DNA from: a bacterium
GTDB taxonomy: Bacteria > SM23-31
Direction: 5' to 3'
NCBI GenBank assembly: GCA_965249485.1
Contig: OZ252239.1
Span: 3,584,001 to 3,648,000 of the forward strand
Length of the DNA: 64,000 nt
Shown: piece by piece, positions 40,457 to 51,287 of the stretch
How positions within the stretch are numbered: the stretch's first letter is position 1
Layout of the letters: every line of letters starts with the position of its first letter
Made by a program: the position numbers and the translations under genes
Notes under the pieces: generated by a model
Told to the model about the DNA's origin: nothing
The model's input: the letters and a program-made list of their open reading frames with translations, nothing else
The model's database searches: none

Positions 40457-41842
40457 ATGCGATTTGGTAAAATTAAACATCTCCATTTTGTGGGAATTGG
40501 CGGTGCGGGTATGAATGGACTTGCGGAGATTATGGTAAATCTTGGATTCCATGTAAGCGGCTCGGACATGATCGAAAGCGCTGTTACTCGTCGTCTCAAA
40601 GATCTCGGGGCGGATATCGTTTATGATCATCGTACCGAAAACATTTCGGATCCGGACGTTGTGATTTATTCTGCCGCCGTACCGAAAAATAATCCTGAAA
40701 TTGTTGAAGCTAATAAGCGGAGTATTCCTGTCATCAGCAGAGCAATTATGCTTGCGGAGCTGATGCGCTTGAAATATGGGATCTGTATTGCAGGCACGCA
40801 TGGAAAGACAACGACAACCTCAATGGTCGGCCAAATATTGACCGGCGGGGGACTTGATCCAACAATCGTGGTCGGAGGTAAAGTTAAGAGCCTGCAATCA
40901 CATGTCCGCCACGGTACCGGAGACTACATCGTAACCGAGGCAGATGAGTTCAACCGCTCATTTCTAACATTGAGTCCCACTATCGCGGTTATTACGACGC
41001 TGGAGCAGGAACACCTTGATTCGTATGATGAGCTAGAGTCATTGCAGGATGCTTTTTATGAATTTGCGGCAAAAGTTCCTTTTTACGGCAGTATTATCGC
41101 CTGTCTCGATGATAAAGCTGTCCGTGACATTCTGCCGAAACTCGAACGACGAATCATTACCTATGGTGATCATCCTGATGCTGATTATAAGCCGGAAGAT
41201 GTCCAGTTTGAGCAATTCAAATCGTTATTTATGGTTCGTAGAAAAGGTGAATCGCTCGGCTACTTTACGATTCCCCAGCCGGGACTCCATAATATAAAAA
41301 ACGCTATTGCGTCTATTGCAGTCGGGCAGGAACTGGATGTTCCATTGGAAAAAATCCGGATTGCATTACATGAGTTTAGCGGAGTTTTTCGGAGATTTGA
41401 GTTGAAAGACGAAATAGACGATGTGATGATCATTGATGATTATGCACACCATCCGACTGAGGTCAAAGCGTGTCTCAGCGGTGCGCGGAGCGGCTGGAAG
41501 GACAGAAAAATCACCGCGATCTTTCAACCCCATCTTTACAGTAGGACAAGGGATTTTTATCAAGAGTTTGGGGAGAGTTTCAACGATGCAGATTCGGTCA
41601 TTATTTCGAGTATTTATCCGGCACGTGAAAAACCGATCGAGGGTGTAACGGGAGAACTTATAGCGCAATGGGCCCATTCTCACGGACATAAAGACGCACG
41701 TTATATTCCGGAAAAGGCAGATATTATCAATGATGCTGCTGAGAATGCAAAACCGGGTGATATTATCATTACGCTCGGCGCCGGAGATGTGTGGGACATC
41801 AGTGAGAGGATAATTCTCAAATTAAAGAAGAGACATCTATAA
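40457..41842 (+). CDS. murC: UDP-MurNAc--L-alanine ligase
   Basis: HFVGIGGAGM, AGTHGKTTTT, EADE, DDYAHHPTE, FQPHLYSRT. Confidence 0.95.
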   Translation: MRFGKIKHLHFVGIGGAGMNGLAEIMVNLGFHVSGSDMIESAVTRRLKDLGADIVYDHRTENISDPDVVIYSAAVPKNNPEIVEANKRSIPVISRAIMLAELMRLKYGICIAGTHGKTTTTSMVGQILTGGGLDPTIVVGGKVKSLQSHVRHGTGDYIVTEADEFNRSFLTLSPTIAVITTLEQEHLDSYDELESLQDAFYEFAAKVPFYGSIIACLDDKAVRDILPKLERRIITYGDHPDADYKPEDVQFEQFKSLFMVRRKGESLGYFTIPQPGLHNIKNAIASIAVGQELDVPLEKIRIALHEFSGVFRRFELKDEIDDVMIIDDYAHHPTEVKACLSGARSGWKDRKITAIFQPHLYSRTRDFYQEFGESFNDADSVIISSIYPAREKPIEGVTGELIAQWAHSHGHKDARYIPEKADIINDAAENAKPGDIIITLGAGDVWDISERIILKLKKRHL

Positions 41843-41876
41843 TGCAGGAAACTGTAATCGTTGGATAGAATATCAG

Positions 41877-42662
41877 ATGAAAAAAAGAAACGGAAAGAAA
41901 ACGAAGCTTAAAGACCTTCTCAGAAAGTTGAAACAAACAGCTTATTTGGCAACGGCCGGTACTGCTCTTTATTTCCTCGTAATTGGTGTGAATTATTGGA
42001 TACATAACTCCGGAATATTTCAATTGAGCCAGATTGAAGTGAGCGGGACACGGTTTATGTCTCCAGAGGAGTTGTCTGCACTGATTCCGGTTGAACCGGA
42101 TGGTACGATTCTAGATTTGGACATTGAATCGATAAAAAGAAAATTGGAAGAACAGCCATTTGTCAGAACTGCTTCCATCGGGAGAAAATTTCCCGGAATT
42201 TTAAAACTGAATATTGATGAGCGTGTTCCCGTTGCTATGATTGTTTTGCGGAAGATCTTTTTTATTGATGAAGAGGGATATTTACTGCCGAAGCGACTGC
42301 GGGGTTCGAACTCTGCAGATTTTCCGATCATTTCCGGGATTCAACTGCCGCAGCAAAAGCCAGGGACACTCATTACCGATGAAAGAATTTCTAAAGTGAT
42401 TTCATTCATAAATCTGGTACAAACATATTATCCGGGAATTTCTGCACATATTTCAGAAATTCTCTATAGGGGTGGTGGAAATTTGTCGCTTATATTATCC
42501 GGTAGCCTTACCCGTGTCAATTGCGGATCGGAAGATTACCGTTTTAAATTAGCGAAACTTGAATACTTTCTGAAGTATTGTGAAGAACAAAGAATTACCG
42601 AACGGCTGCGCACAATAAATCTGAATTACGAAAATCAAATTATCATTAAAGAGGCTGATTGA
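41877..42662 (+). CDS. ftsQ: Cell division protein FtsQ/DivIB
   Basis: Basic N-term, TM, POTRA (IEVSG…RKFPG…ERVPVA); position before ftsA. Confidence 0.85.
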   Translation: MKKRNGKKTKLKDLLRKLKQTAYLATAGTALYFLVIGVNYWIHNSGIFQLSQIEVSGTRFMSPEELSALIPVEPDGTILDLDIESIKRKLEEQPFVRTASIGRKFPGILKLNIDERVPVAMIVLRKIFFIDEEGYLLPKRLRGSNSADFPIISGIQLPQQKPGTLITDERISKVISFINLVQTYYPGISAHISEILYRGGGNLSLILSGSLTRVNCGSEDYRFKLAKLEYFLKYCEEQRITERLRTINLNYENQIIIKEAD

Positions 42663-42708
42663 TCAGCGGAAATCTTTAACTGCATTTACGAAATGTAAGG
42701 AGTTTCAT

Positions 42709-43944
42709 ATGTCAGACAAAGATATCATTGTTGGGCTTGATATTGGGACAACAAAAATCGGTGTTGTCGTCGCTGAAAAAGGTCAATTTAATGAAATAAA
42801 AATTCTCGGTGTGGGAACAAGTCCCTCGGACGGCCTCCGGAGAGGGGTAGTTATCAATATCGATAAAACAGTCCGATCTATCGAGAAAGCAGTTGAGGAA
42901 GCTGAACTGATGGCGGGTGTCGATATACATTCCGTCTATGCGGGTATTGCCGGAGATCATATCCGGAGTCTGAATTCTAAAGGAATTGTTGCAGTATCTC
43001 ATGGCGATAATGAGATAAATCAGGCCGATATCGAACGAGGTATTGAAGCTGCTAAAGCGATCTCCCTCCCCCTAGACCGTGAGATCATCCATATACTTCC
43101 GCAGGAGTATATAGTTGATGAACAAGACGGAATTCGGGATCCGATCGGCATGTCTGGCGTCAGACTTGAGGTTGAAACTCATATCGTAACCGGTGCAGTG
43201 ACATCAGCTCAAAATATTTACAAAAGCGTTGAACGTGCCGGACTTAGGGTTCAGGATATTGTTCTTGAACCGCTTGCATCAAGTTTTGCGGTTATCGGTG
43301 ATGATGAGCGGGAATTGGGCGTGGGACTTCTTGATATTGGTGGCGGTACCACTGATATTGCTCTCCTTTTCGGCGGCAGTATCAGGCACACATCCGTAAT
43401 TGGTCTCGGTGGGAAAAATGTGACTAACGACATTGCTATCGGTCTCCGCACTCCCCCGGAGCAAGCAGAAAATATTAAACTCGAACACGGCTGCTGTTAT
43501 ATCAATAACATCACTGAAGAAGAGTATATCACTGTGCCAGGTGTCGGAGGACGTGAACCGAGAAAAGTGTCAAAATCAATATTAACCTCCATTATTCAAC
43601 CGAGAATGGAAGAACTATTCTCGCTTGCTCTCCGGGAAATCAAAAAATCAGACTATCTCGACCTCCTGACGTCGGGCATTGTCATTACCGGTGGCTGCAG
43701 CCTGATTTCGGGTGCTGTAGAGCTTGCTGAATCGATTTTTGATATGCCGGTCCGAATGGGTATACCTGAAAACATATCAGGGCTCGTCGATCCTGCACGA
43801 AGTCCAATCTATGCAACCGGAGTTGGTCTTGTGATCTACGGTGAACACAACCGGTCTTCAAGCGATTATTTTATGGGTGATGACTCAAAATTATACGACA
43901 AAATTCACGGCAGAATGAAGCAGTGGTTTGCCGAATTCTTCTAA
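42709..43944 (+). CDS. ftsA: Cell division protein FtsA
   Basis: GLDIGTTK, DPIGMSGVRLE, LDIGGGTTD, C-terminal amphipathic helix MKQWFAEFF. Confidence 0.95.
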   Translation: MSDKDIIVGLDIGTTKIGVVVAEKGQFNEIKILGVGTSPSDGLRRGVVINIDKTVRSIEKAVEEAELMAGVDIHSVYAGIAGDHIRSLNSKGIVAVSHGDNEINQADIERGIEAAKAISLPLDREIIHILPQEYIVDEQDGIRDPIGMSGVRLEVETHIVTGAVTSAQNIYKSVERAGLRVQDIVLEPLASSFAVIGDDERELGVGLLDIGGGTTDIALLFGGSIRHTSVIGLGGKNVTNDIAIGLRTPPEQAENIKLEHGCCYINNITEEEYITVPGVGGREPRKVSKSILTSIIQPRMEELFSLALREIKKSDYLDLLTSGIVITGGCSLISGAVELAESIFDMPVRMGIPENISGLVDPARSPIYATGVGLVIYGEHNRSSSDYFMGDDSKLYDKIHGRMKQWFAEFF

Positions 43945-44043
43945 TAGAGAAACGATAACGATTGGAAAATTTCAAAAAAATAGAAAATTAAAAATTATGA
44001 AAAATATCGTACGTAAACCGTATTTAACCAGAAGGAGGGTGAC

Positions 44044-45210
44044 ATGACCTTTGAGTTTGACGAATCATTGTCCGAAGGCGCTATCATGAAGGTCATCGGT
44101 GTCGGTGGAGCCGGTGGAAATGCATTAAACGGTATGATTCAGGAACGTCTGCGTGGTGTCGATTTTATAGCCGTTAACACCGATGCACAGGCACTAGATG
44201 CAAATAATGCCCAATTAAAAATGCAAATCGGCGGCGGAATTACCAAAGGCCTCGGTGCGGGTGCAAACCCCGAAGTCGGCCGTAAGGCGATGGAAGAGAA
44301 CAAAGCTGACCTTGCAGAAATTCTCGTCGACACCGATATGGTATTTATTACAGCCGGAATGGGCGGTGGAACCGGGACCGGTGCGGCACCGATAATCGCT
44401 GCAGAAGCAAGAGCAGCCGGTGCATTGACAGTCGGTATCGTAACAAAACCGTTCCACTTTGAAGGCAAATGTAGAATGAGCCGCGCTGATGAAGGTATCG
44501 AGCAGCTCAAGGATAAAGTCGATACTCTGATTATCATTCCGAATCAGCGGCTTCTCTCAATCGTTGATAAAGACACATCGCTTGCATCGGCATTCAAGAT
44601 GGCTGATGATGTTCTGTATCAGGCCACGAAAGGAATTTCTGATCTCATCACTGTTCCGGGTCTTGTGAATCTTGATTTTGCTGATGTCAGGACTGTGATG
44701 ATGGGTATGGGCGACGCTATAATGGGTACCGGCGCCGCAACCGGCGACAATAGGGCTATTGAAGCAGCAACGAAAGCGATTTCCAGTCCGCTCCTTGAAG
44801 AAATTTCTATCGAAGGTGCCGAAGGTGTTCTTGTCAATGTTTGCGGTGGAAAAGATATGACCTTGTTCGAAGTGAACGATGCCACATCTGTAATTTTCGA
44901 TGCAACCGGCAAGGAAGCAAACATCATTTTCGGTGCGGTTATCGATGAAGACCTTCATGATGAAATGCGTGTCACTGTTATCGCCACGGGTTTCAACGGC
45001 GTACTGAGAAAACCTAAACAAGTCAATAACCGCTTTATTGAATTGACAAAGCCGGAAGTTTCAATGCGTGAACGCGATCGTCCGACATTTGAACGAATCA
45101 AAGATGACATAGAGAACGAGAGTGAGCACGAGATTCACGTTAATGAATCAACACCGCTTACTCCTGAAGACCTTGACATTCCTGCTTTTTTACGGAAACA
45201 AATGGATTAA
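44044..45210 (+). CDS. ftsZ: Cell division protein FtsZ
   Basis: GVGGAGGN, GMGGGTGTG, NLDFADV, C-terminal DIPAFLRKQMD. Confidence 0.98.
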   Translation: MTFEFDESLSEGAIMKVIGVGGAGGNALNGMIQERLRGVDFIAVNTDAQALDANNAQLKMQIGGGITKGLGAGANPEVGRKAMEENKADLAEILVDTDMVFITAGMGGGTGTGAAPIIAAEARAAGALTVGIVTKPFHFEGKCRMSRADEGIEQLKDKVDTLIIIPNQRLLSIVDKDTSLASAFKMADDVLYQATKGISDLITVPGLVNLDFADVRTVMMGMGDAIMGTGAATGDNRAIEAATKAISSPLLEEISIEGAEGVLVNVCGGKDMTLFEVNDATSVIFDATGKEANIIFGAVIDEDLHDEMRVTVIATGFNGVLRKPKQVNNRFIELTKPEVSMRERDRPTFERIKDDIENESEHEIHVNESTPLTPEDLDIPAFLRKQMD

Positions 45211-45234
45211 AACTCTTCCCTCCTTCTTGCGCTT

Positions 45235-45270
45235 AAGGGTGATTCTGATCAATATTAGAATCACCCTTTT
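45235..45270 (+). terminator. Rho-independent terminator after ftsZ
   Basis: AAGGGTGATTCTGAT-CAAT-ATTAGAATCACCCTT followed by T residues. Confidence 0.8.
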
Positions 45271-45472
45271 GCATTTCATTGATCTTCTATTGTAGGAATT
45301 AATTCTTGCTCAATACTATATTTTCCGCTATAAACGTATTTCTATTATAAATATTATTATCTACTATATTAATTTTATTAATATTTTACTTGATATTATT
45401 TAATATTATATTTACTATAATAAAACTGTAATTTCAACAGATAACTAATATTATTAGTTGAAAATCAAATCA

Positions 45473-45802
45473 ATGACAAAAGAAAAGTACACAACAATGC
45501 CGATTCGGTGCCCGAGTTGCAGCAACATTCTAAAAGCAGTTCGGCTTGCCTGTGACGAGTGTGATACAACCGTTGAAGGAAATTACGACCTCTCTCTCCT
45601 CACTCAACTTAATCCTGATGATCAAGAGTTTATTCTACTGTTCATAAAATCGAGCGGGAGCTTGAAAGATATAGCAACAAAGTATGGTATATCCTACCCT
45701 ACCATGCGTAACCGGCTCGATTCAATCATAGAAAGGATCAATAAATTAGAACGTAGGAGTAATAAGGAGAATGGACATGGAAACAGCACACAACTCAGTT
45801 GA
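45473..45802 (+). CDS. DUF2089-like protein (zinc ribbon + HTH)
   Basis: CPSC…CDEC, FIKSSGSLKDIA…ISYPTMRNRLD. Confidence 0.8.
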   Translation: MTKEKYTTMPIRCPSCSNILKAVRLACDECDTTVEGNYDLSLLTQLNPDDQEFILLFIKSSGSLKDIATKYGISYPTMRNRLDSIIERINKLERRSNKENGHGNSTQLS

Positions 45803-46424
45803 TAAATCTCGAACCAATGTTGTAACCTGGCTGTTTAATCCGTTTTACTATATTGCCGGAAGCAAAGCAATGGCAATTGGCATTGTTGTTATTCTCATAA
45901 CCGGTTATATCGGCTCGTTTACGAATTCGCACTGTGATGGAATTGTTGATTTTCATACCGGTATACCAGCTCCGATGTGGGTTTTTCTCAGCGGAGGTCT
46001 GATAAACTGGTTAATAATTGGTACGCTTCTCTTCTTCGGTGGAATGATACTATCTCCCAGCAGCTTTCGAATTATTGATGTATTTGGTACCCGGGCATTG
46101 GCTCGGTTTCCGTATTTTCTTACTGCCGCTGTAACACTTCTGCCCGGTTTTGGAAATTTTTCCGAACAGCTTAAGTCAAGTATTCCTGACCTCGTCAAAG
46201 ATCAGATCGCTTTAGGTGATATTGTAGCTAACAATATGACTGAATCTATTGTGTTTCTTATTGCAATAATTATTTCGCTTTTGATGGGGGCTTATATGGT
46301 GTTCTTAATGTACCGTGCTTTTACTATATCGTGCAATGTCGGAGGCGGGAAAGCAGTTGGTGCATTTATTGCGATACTTATAATAGGGGAGATCCTGTCA
46401 AAATTTATATTCTATTATGTATAA
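45771..46424 (+). CDS. Membrane protein (Yip1-like) paired with DUF2089
   Basis: LFNPF, DGIVDFH, five or six TM segments; overlaps the upstream gene. Confidence 0.6.
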   Translation: MDMETAHNSVDKSRTNVVTWLFNPFYYIAGSKAMAIGIVVILITGYIGSFTNSHCDGIVDFHTGIPAPMWVFLSGGLINWLIIGTLLFFGGMILSPSSFRIIDVFGTRALARFPYFLTAAVTLLPGFGNFSEQLKSSIPDLVKDQIALGDIVANNMTESIVFLIAIIISLLMGAYMVFLMYRAFTISCNVGGGKAVGAFIAILIIGEILSKFIFYYV

Positions 46425-46476
46425 CTAAGTCTGAATATTTCATTTGAAACCATTCATGCAATTATAGTTCAAGTGA

Positions 46477-47226
46477 TTATTTAATAGTACTTTCTTTTTC
46501 CTGCGCTTCATTGAACCGTTTTTCGATGATTTCCCTCACATGGTTAGAAAGTTTGCTGCGATCGTTAAATTCGTAGTCAACAGTTGGAACCGGTTTATCG
46601 ATAACAACATGGATATGACCGGGATTGAAAATTAGTGAATTCTTTGGCAGAACCGAACGGCTGCCGATGATAGTGACCGGAACAATTGGGCGTTTCGACC
46701 TGATTCCCAAAACAAACGCACCCTTTTTGAATGAATGGATCTTTCCGTCGGGTGACCGTGTGCCCTCAGGATAGACGAGTGGTGAAATGTTTTCATGTTT
46801 GAGCCGTTCAACTGCATAATCGAGACTTTCAATCGCCTTCTCCCTGTTCTCCCTGTCGATCCGGAAATGGCCTGCCATCCACATTGCCCATCCGAATACA
46901 GGAATACGAAACAACTCCTTTTTTGCAAGCATCCTGAGCCGTGCTGGTATAATGGTAATACAAACAGGAATGTCCATATGTGACTGATGGTTCGCTACAT
47001 AGATGTATTTCTCCTCTGGTGACAGATTTTCCAGCCCTTCCACAGTCACCTTGACCCGGGATGTCCATAAAATAAGCTTAACCCAAACCCGTGAACCGAT
47101 ATCGATGTATTCTCTCCTCCCAAAAAACGGAAAGAATATGTTTACATAGAGCGAACCAAGGAAAGTGTAGAGTACTATACAAACAGCCAAGAAACCGGAG
47201 CGGATTATTTTGAGAAGATTGGTCAT
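46477..47226 (-). CDS. plsC: 1-acyl-sn-glycerol-3-phosphate acyltransferase
   Basis: NHQSHMD (HX4D), AKKEL, PEGTRS, FKKGAF, IVPV. Confidence 0.9.
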   Translation of the reverse strand: MTNLLKIIRSGFLAVCIVLYTFLGSLYVNIFFPFFGRREYIDIGSRVWVKLILWTSRVKVTVEGLENLSPEEKYIYVANHQSHMDIPVCITIIPARLRMLAKKELFRIPVFGWAMWMAGHFRIDRENREKAIESLDYAVERLKHENISPLVYPEGTRSPDGKIHSFKKGAFVLGIRSKRPIVPVTIIGSRSVLPKNSLIFNPGHIHVVIDKPVPTVDYEFNDRSKLSNHVREIIEKRFNEAQEKESTIK

Positions 47227-47303
47227 AAATTTTCAACTTTTTGGATTATTGCCTCAACAAAACTGCCATATTGAAATTAAAATAAGAAGATATTAAAAAG
47301 ATT

Positions 47304-47391
47304 GAGATTTCGGTCGAAATGACATTTTGTAACGTTTTTCAAAGAATAAATCCTTGTCGTCATTGCGAGGAGAGAAGCGACGTGGCAATCT
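47304..47391. repeat. REP/RPE-like palindromic element remnants
   Basis: GTCATTGCGAGGAGAGAAGCGACGTGGCAATCT (47359-47391) and GAGATTTCGGTCGAAATGAC (47304-47323) resemble widespread GTCATTGCGAG…GCAATC intergenic repeats. Confidence 0.5.
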
Positions 47392-47519
47392 TTCTATAGC
47401 AATTATATAAATTTTAATCACATGGTAAAAACAATACGATTATTAACGAGGACAAGGATATTTATCTCATAAATTATATTGCGTGATCATTAATCTAAAT
47501 ATGTAATGATATCTAAACA

Positions 47520-48428
47520 CTAATCCATCTTGTCGAGGCGTTTGATCATTTCCAATACAATTGTGAAGTTCTGTGTCATAGCCGCAGGCTCGACTACTTT
47601 TAACGCGTCATTCTCGGAATGTATCATGGTAAACACTTTTGGAGTACCGGCCGGCTGAAACTCTTCCGATCCATTCAAAGCGAGCCAGAACTGATATGCT
47701 TGCTCTGCACTTGATATCCCTAACGAAATATTTTCAATACCCGCACGTTGAAAGCTGATATCGTCACTCCCACCATATTCGGGAAAAACAAGAAATTCAA
47801 AATCATTTTCCACACAAATTGTTTTGGCTAATCTATATAATCTGTTTATTCCTGTGGCAGCTGACGGTCCGATGAGTGTTGTGTTGCCATAGGCATTGAC
47901 ATCAAGGTTAATCATCGATTCGATCGGATCACCCTTATGTTGTTCAATAAACTGAGCTGAACCGACAAGCCCAACCTCTTCCTGATCGAAAAACACAATT
48001 CTGATCCTGTGGTTTAGCTCTTCGTTCCGGAGGGCTTCAATAATCCGTGTCAGAATTATTGTGGAACAGCCATTATCGACAAGACCGCTGCCAACATCTA
48101 CTCTGTCGTAGTGGGCACCGATAACAAAATCAGAATCTCCGGAACCCAGCGTTACGACAATGTTGTTTCCATTAATGATACGGTTGTCACGTTTACTTTT
48201 CGCTGAAAACGGCTCAATAGAATATTCGATTCCCTTTTCGGTCAAAATGTCCTGAAGAATACCCTGTCTTTCTCTGTTGGATTTTCCTCCTAAACGGGCT
48301 GCGTCTTCAAATAATCCCGGAAGTGAAGCCAACTGCCATCCGGCAGCATTATCCGGAATAACTGCGAATAGCACAATAAGTGAAGTAATAATAAGAAGCC
48401 GGATGGCATTCAAGCATCTATAATTCAT
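47520..48428 (-). CDS. Secreted M28 family metallopeptidase
   Basis: IGAHYD, DNG, DQEEVGLVGS, MINLD, SDD, IHS; signal peptide. Confidence 0.85.
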   Translation of the reverse strand: MNYRCLNAIRLLIITSLIVLFAVIPDNAAGWQLASLPGLFEDAARLGGKSNRERQGILQDILTEKGIEYSIEPFSAKSKRDNRIINGNNIVVTLGSGDSDFVIGAHYDRVDVGSGLVDNGCSTIILTRIIEALRNEELNHRIRIVFFDQEEVGLVGSAQFIEQHKGDPIESMINLDVNAYGNTTLIGPSAATGINRLYRLAKTICVENDFEFLVFPEYGGSDDISFQRAGIENISLGISSAEQAYQFWLALNGSEEFQPAGTPKVFTMIHSENDALKVVEPAAMTQNFTIVLEMIKRLDKMD

Positions 48429-48835
48429 TGGAGCACCTCAGCTACTGATTGGACAACACTATTTGATCAAGATTACAAGCACAAAATATAAAAATTAATA
48501 CAGTATGTTCAAACAGATTAATTATATATTTTATGATATACAATGACCTATTTAATACTTCAATAGCAAATAAAAAAATATTTATGTATATCTTTATTAC
48601 GTATTGGATTAAGCATACTCAAGAATTCGTAATAAATGAATTCGGTCTACTTTTTTCTTGTAACTAATATGCTTATTTACTATTTTTTTCAATAAGCGGT
48701 TTGGAATAATCGATTTATATGAACGAATTATTATTACGTGTCATCTCTATATTATTTTATTGAGAGCATATGCTCTTTCCGCAGCCGTTCTCACTGTTAT
48801 TACTATATTTTGAACCTATTAATTAAGGAAACGAT

Positions 48836-49715
48836 ATGACGGATAACTCTGATGATAAGTTGATGTTGCAGCGGAGGGCAATTCAAAAAATAGAACTTCT
48901 CCCATCAATTCCGATTGTCCTTCAGAAAATTATTGCGACGTCGGGCGATCCGCATTCATCCGCGCAAGACATGCAAGATATTATCATTAAAGACCAGTCG
49001 ATGACAGCTGCGATTCTCAAACTTGCTAATTCTGCATATTATGGTTATGCAAAGCATGTTGAGGATATAGTCCGTGCGATTGTCGTTATTGGATTTAACA
49101 CTGCCGTGAGTGTTGCGATCAGTGTTTCCGTATTGAAAGACAGTGGCAGAAAAAATTGACGGAAAAGAGTTTGACAAAAATGAATTCTGGAAACATTGTA
49201 TTGGAGCAGGTGAAGCAGGCCGTATCATTGCTGGTGAAGTAAATTATAAAAATCCATCCCGCGCCTATCTATTGGGTCTCCTTCATGATATTGGTAAAGT
49301 TGCCTTATCGTTTATAAACAAATCTGATTTTGATGATGCTGTTTTCGAATCCCGGGCAGTCGAAACAGAACTCTTTAATAGTGAAAAACAGATTTTTGGT
49401 TTTGATCATCAGGAAGCCGGTGAGTGGTTATGCACACGCTGGCAGCTTCCTGAATCAATCATTGCCGGAGTCAGATATCACCATGCAGTAGACGACTGCC
49501 CTGAAGAGTATCTGCCTGAGGCACTTGTCGGACATGTCGCAAATATCCTTACAAAGTCTGCCAAGATTGGAAACAGTGGCAATGAACAAATTTCCCAAAT
49601 CAATTCTCATGCTCATAAAATGCTCAAATTAACTACAAAATCATTTGAGAGCGCCAAAAAAGTTTTATTAAAAAAACGTGAAGAAATTGACAACTTTCTT
49701 GATTTTCTTTTGTAA
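48836..49715 (+). pseudogene. HDOD domain signal-transduction protein, frameshifted at about 49136-49139
   Basis: LPSIP…DQSMTAAILKLANSAYYG in one frame; FWKHC…GLLHDIGK…FDHQEAG…WQLP…YHH in the +1 frame. Extra base in TTG AAA G ACA. Confidence 0.8.
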
Positions 49716-49724
49716 TTTTCGATT

Positions 49725-51287
49725 ATGCCAAAAAAACAAGAAGAAAGTGATCACAATGTTCATCTGAAACAATCGTACTTGGAGCAGAGTCTTCAGTATG
49801 TAACTGAAGAGTTTGTTCAAAAGCTCCGGGAACTGTCACTTGTTAAAAGGATTTCAGATGCCCTGGTCGATACTGCAGATCAGAAGAAGGTGTTTCTTGA
49901 TATTACTACGATTATTCTTGATGAAATACACGCAGAGACATGCTCGCTCTATCTTTTGAACGCTAAAAAAAACAAGCTGTTTCTCAGATCGGTTGGTCGC
50001 CAGGCAGAATCAGAAGGGATATTTTTTGACAACGAAAAAGAAAATGTTCAGAGTGCGTCCGAAGGATTAGCTGGGGCAGTCTTGGAATCCAGAAAGTCGC
50101 TTTACATAAAGAATTCAAGAAGAGATAAGCGGTTTTCCGGTGATCCTCTATTCCCTGAAAATATGGACTCCATTCTCTGCCTGCCGCTCATATCTGACGA
50201 AGATATAATTGGTATCTTTGTTCTAAGCGCTCCGGAATCGCACACCTTTGCAAGAGAAGACCAGAATCTCCTGCAGATCATAGCGAATCAAATTGCAAAT
50301 GTGTTGCGGAATGTAGAATTAGTAAGAAAAATTCAAAAAGCGTATGAAAAGCAGGAACATGTTCTTAAAAAACTGAAATCTGCCGAAAAAAAATTATCAA
50401 ATTATACAAAAGACCTAGAAAGTATTGTTGAAAAACGGACCAATGAGTTGGTACAGTCGGAAAAACTAGCATCCGTGGGTCAGCTTGTTGCAGGTGTCGC
50501 GCACGAATTAAATAACCCTCTGACAATTATAATCGGCTTGATAGAACTTATGGTCGATTCGGATGACCTACCGATACGGCATAAAAAACGGCTCAATAAG
50601 GTGCACGGAGCAACAATGCGCTGCGCTAAAGTTGTGAACAACCTTTTAAAGTTTTACCGCAAAGAAAAGATTCAGAAAAAAGATATCAACATTAACAAAA
50701 TCATTGGGGAAACACTTGGATTTTTTGAATATCAATTTTTAGTGAATAACATTTCCGTTCTAAAAAGTCTTCAGAGCAATATGCCGGTGACAGTTGGCGA
50801 TCCGCAGCAGCTTCAGCAAGTTTTTCTCAATATTATTTCAAACGCATATGATGCTATGGCGTTTCAGGATAGCAACAAAACGCTTGAAGTCAAAACTCAT
50901 ACTGATGAAAATACTATAATCGTTGAGTTCAGGGATACCGGTCCGGGAATCCCTAAAAACTCCCAAAAAAAGCTCTTTGAACCGTTCTTCACGACAAAAG
51001 AAGTCGGCAGAGGTACCGGACTCGGATTAAGCTTGAGCTATGGTATAATTAAAGAGCACAATGGTGAAATATTTCTTGACTCCTCATACACTGAGGGAGC
51101 AAAATTTACTCTTCTTTTTCCCATTGTTGCGGGCGAAGAAACGCACGAGCAGAAAAAAGCGGTGAAAAACTCACTCTCCTCTACGACAAGAGTCCTTATT
51201 ATCGACGATGAAAGTGATATTATCGAGTTTCAGAAGGAGGTTCTCAAGATTTACACGTGTATCCCGGAAGTAGCCTACGACGGTTAA
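49725..51287 (+). CDS. GAF-HisKA-HATPase sensor histidine kinase (formerly hybrid; receiver domain truncated)
   Basis: GAF, SEKLASVGQLVAGVAHELNNPL, QVFLNIISNA, DTGPGI, FEPFFTTK, GTGLGL, then the start of a REC domain VLIIDDE. Confidence 0.85.
   Translation: MPKKQEESDHNVHLKQSYLEQSLQYVTEEFVQKLRELSLVKRISDALVDTADQKKVFLDITTIILDEIHAETCSLYLLNAKKNKLFLRSVGRQAESEGIFFDNEKENVQSASEGLAGAVLESRKSLYIKNSRRDKRFSGDPLFPENMDSILCLPLISDEDIIGIFVLSAPESHTFAREDQNLLQIIANQIANVLRNVELVRKIQKAYEKQEHVLKKLKSAEKKLSNYTKDLESIVEKRTNELVQSEKLASVGQLVAGVAHELNNPLTIIIGLIELMVDSDDLPIRHKKRLNKVHGATMRCAKVVNNLLKFYRKEKIQKKDININKIIGETLGFFEYQFLVNNISVLKSLQSNMPVTVGDPQQLQQVFLNIISNAYDAMAFQDSNKTLEVKTHTDENTIIVEFRDTGPGIPKNSQKKLFEPFFTTKEVGRGTGLGLSLSYGIIKEHNGEIFLDSSYTEGAKFTLLFPIVAGEETHEQKKAVKNSLSSTTRVLIIDDESDIIEFQKEVLKIYTCIPEVAYDG

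Noticed and set aside
40457..42662. Absence of murB and ddl between murC and ftsQ
   Set aside because: These genes are frequently outside the dcw cluster, so this is not unusual by itself.
51285..51287. Stop-codon readthrough or recoding in the kinase
   Set aside because: The codon is TAA (not Sec or Pyl), TAA ends many genes here, and the downstream domain also carries a deletion.
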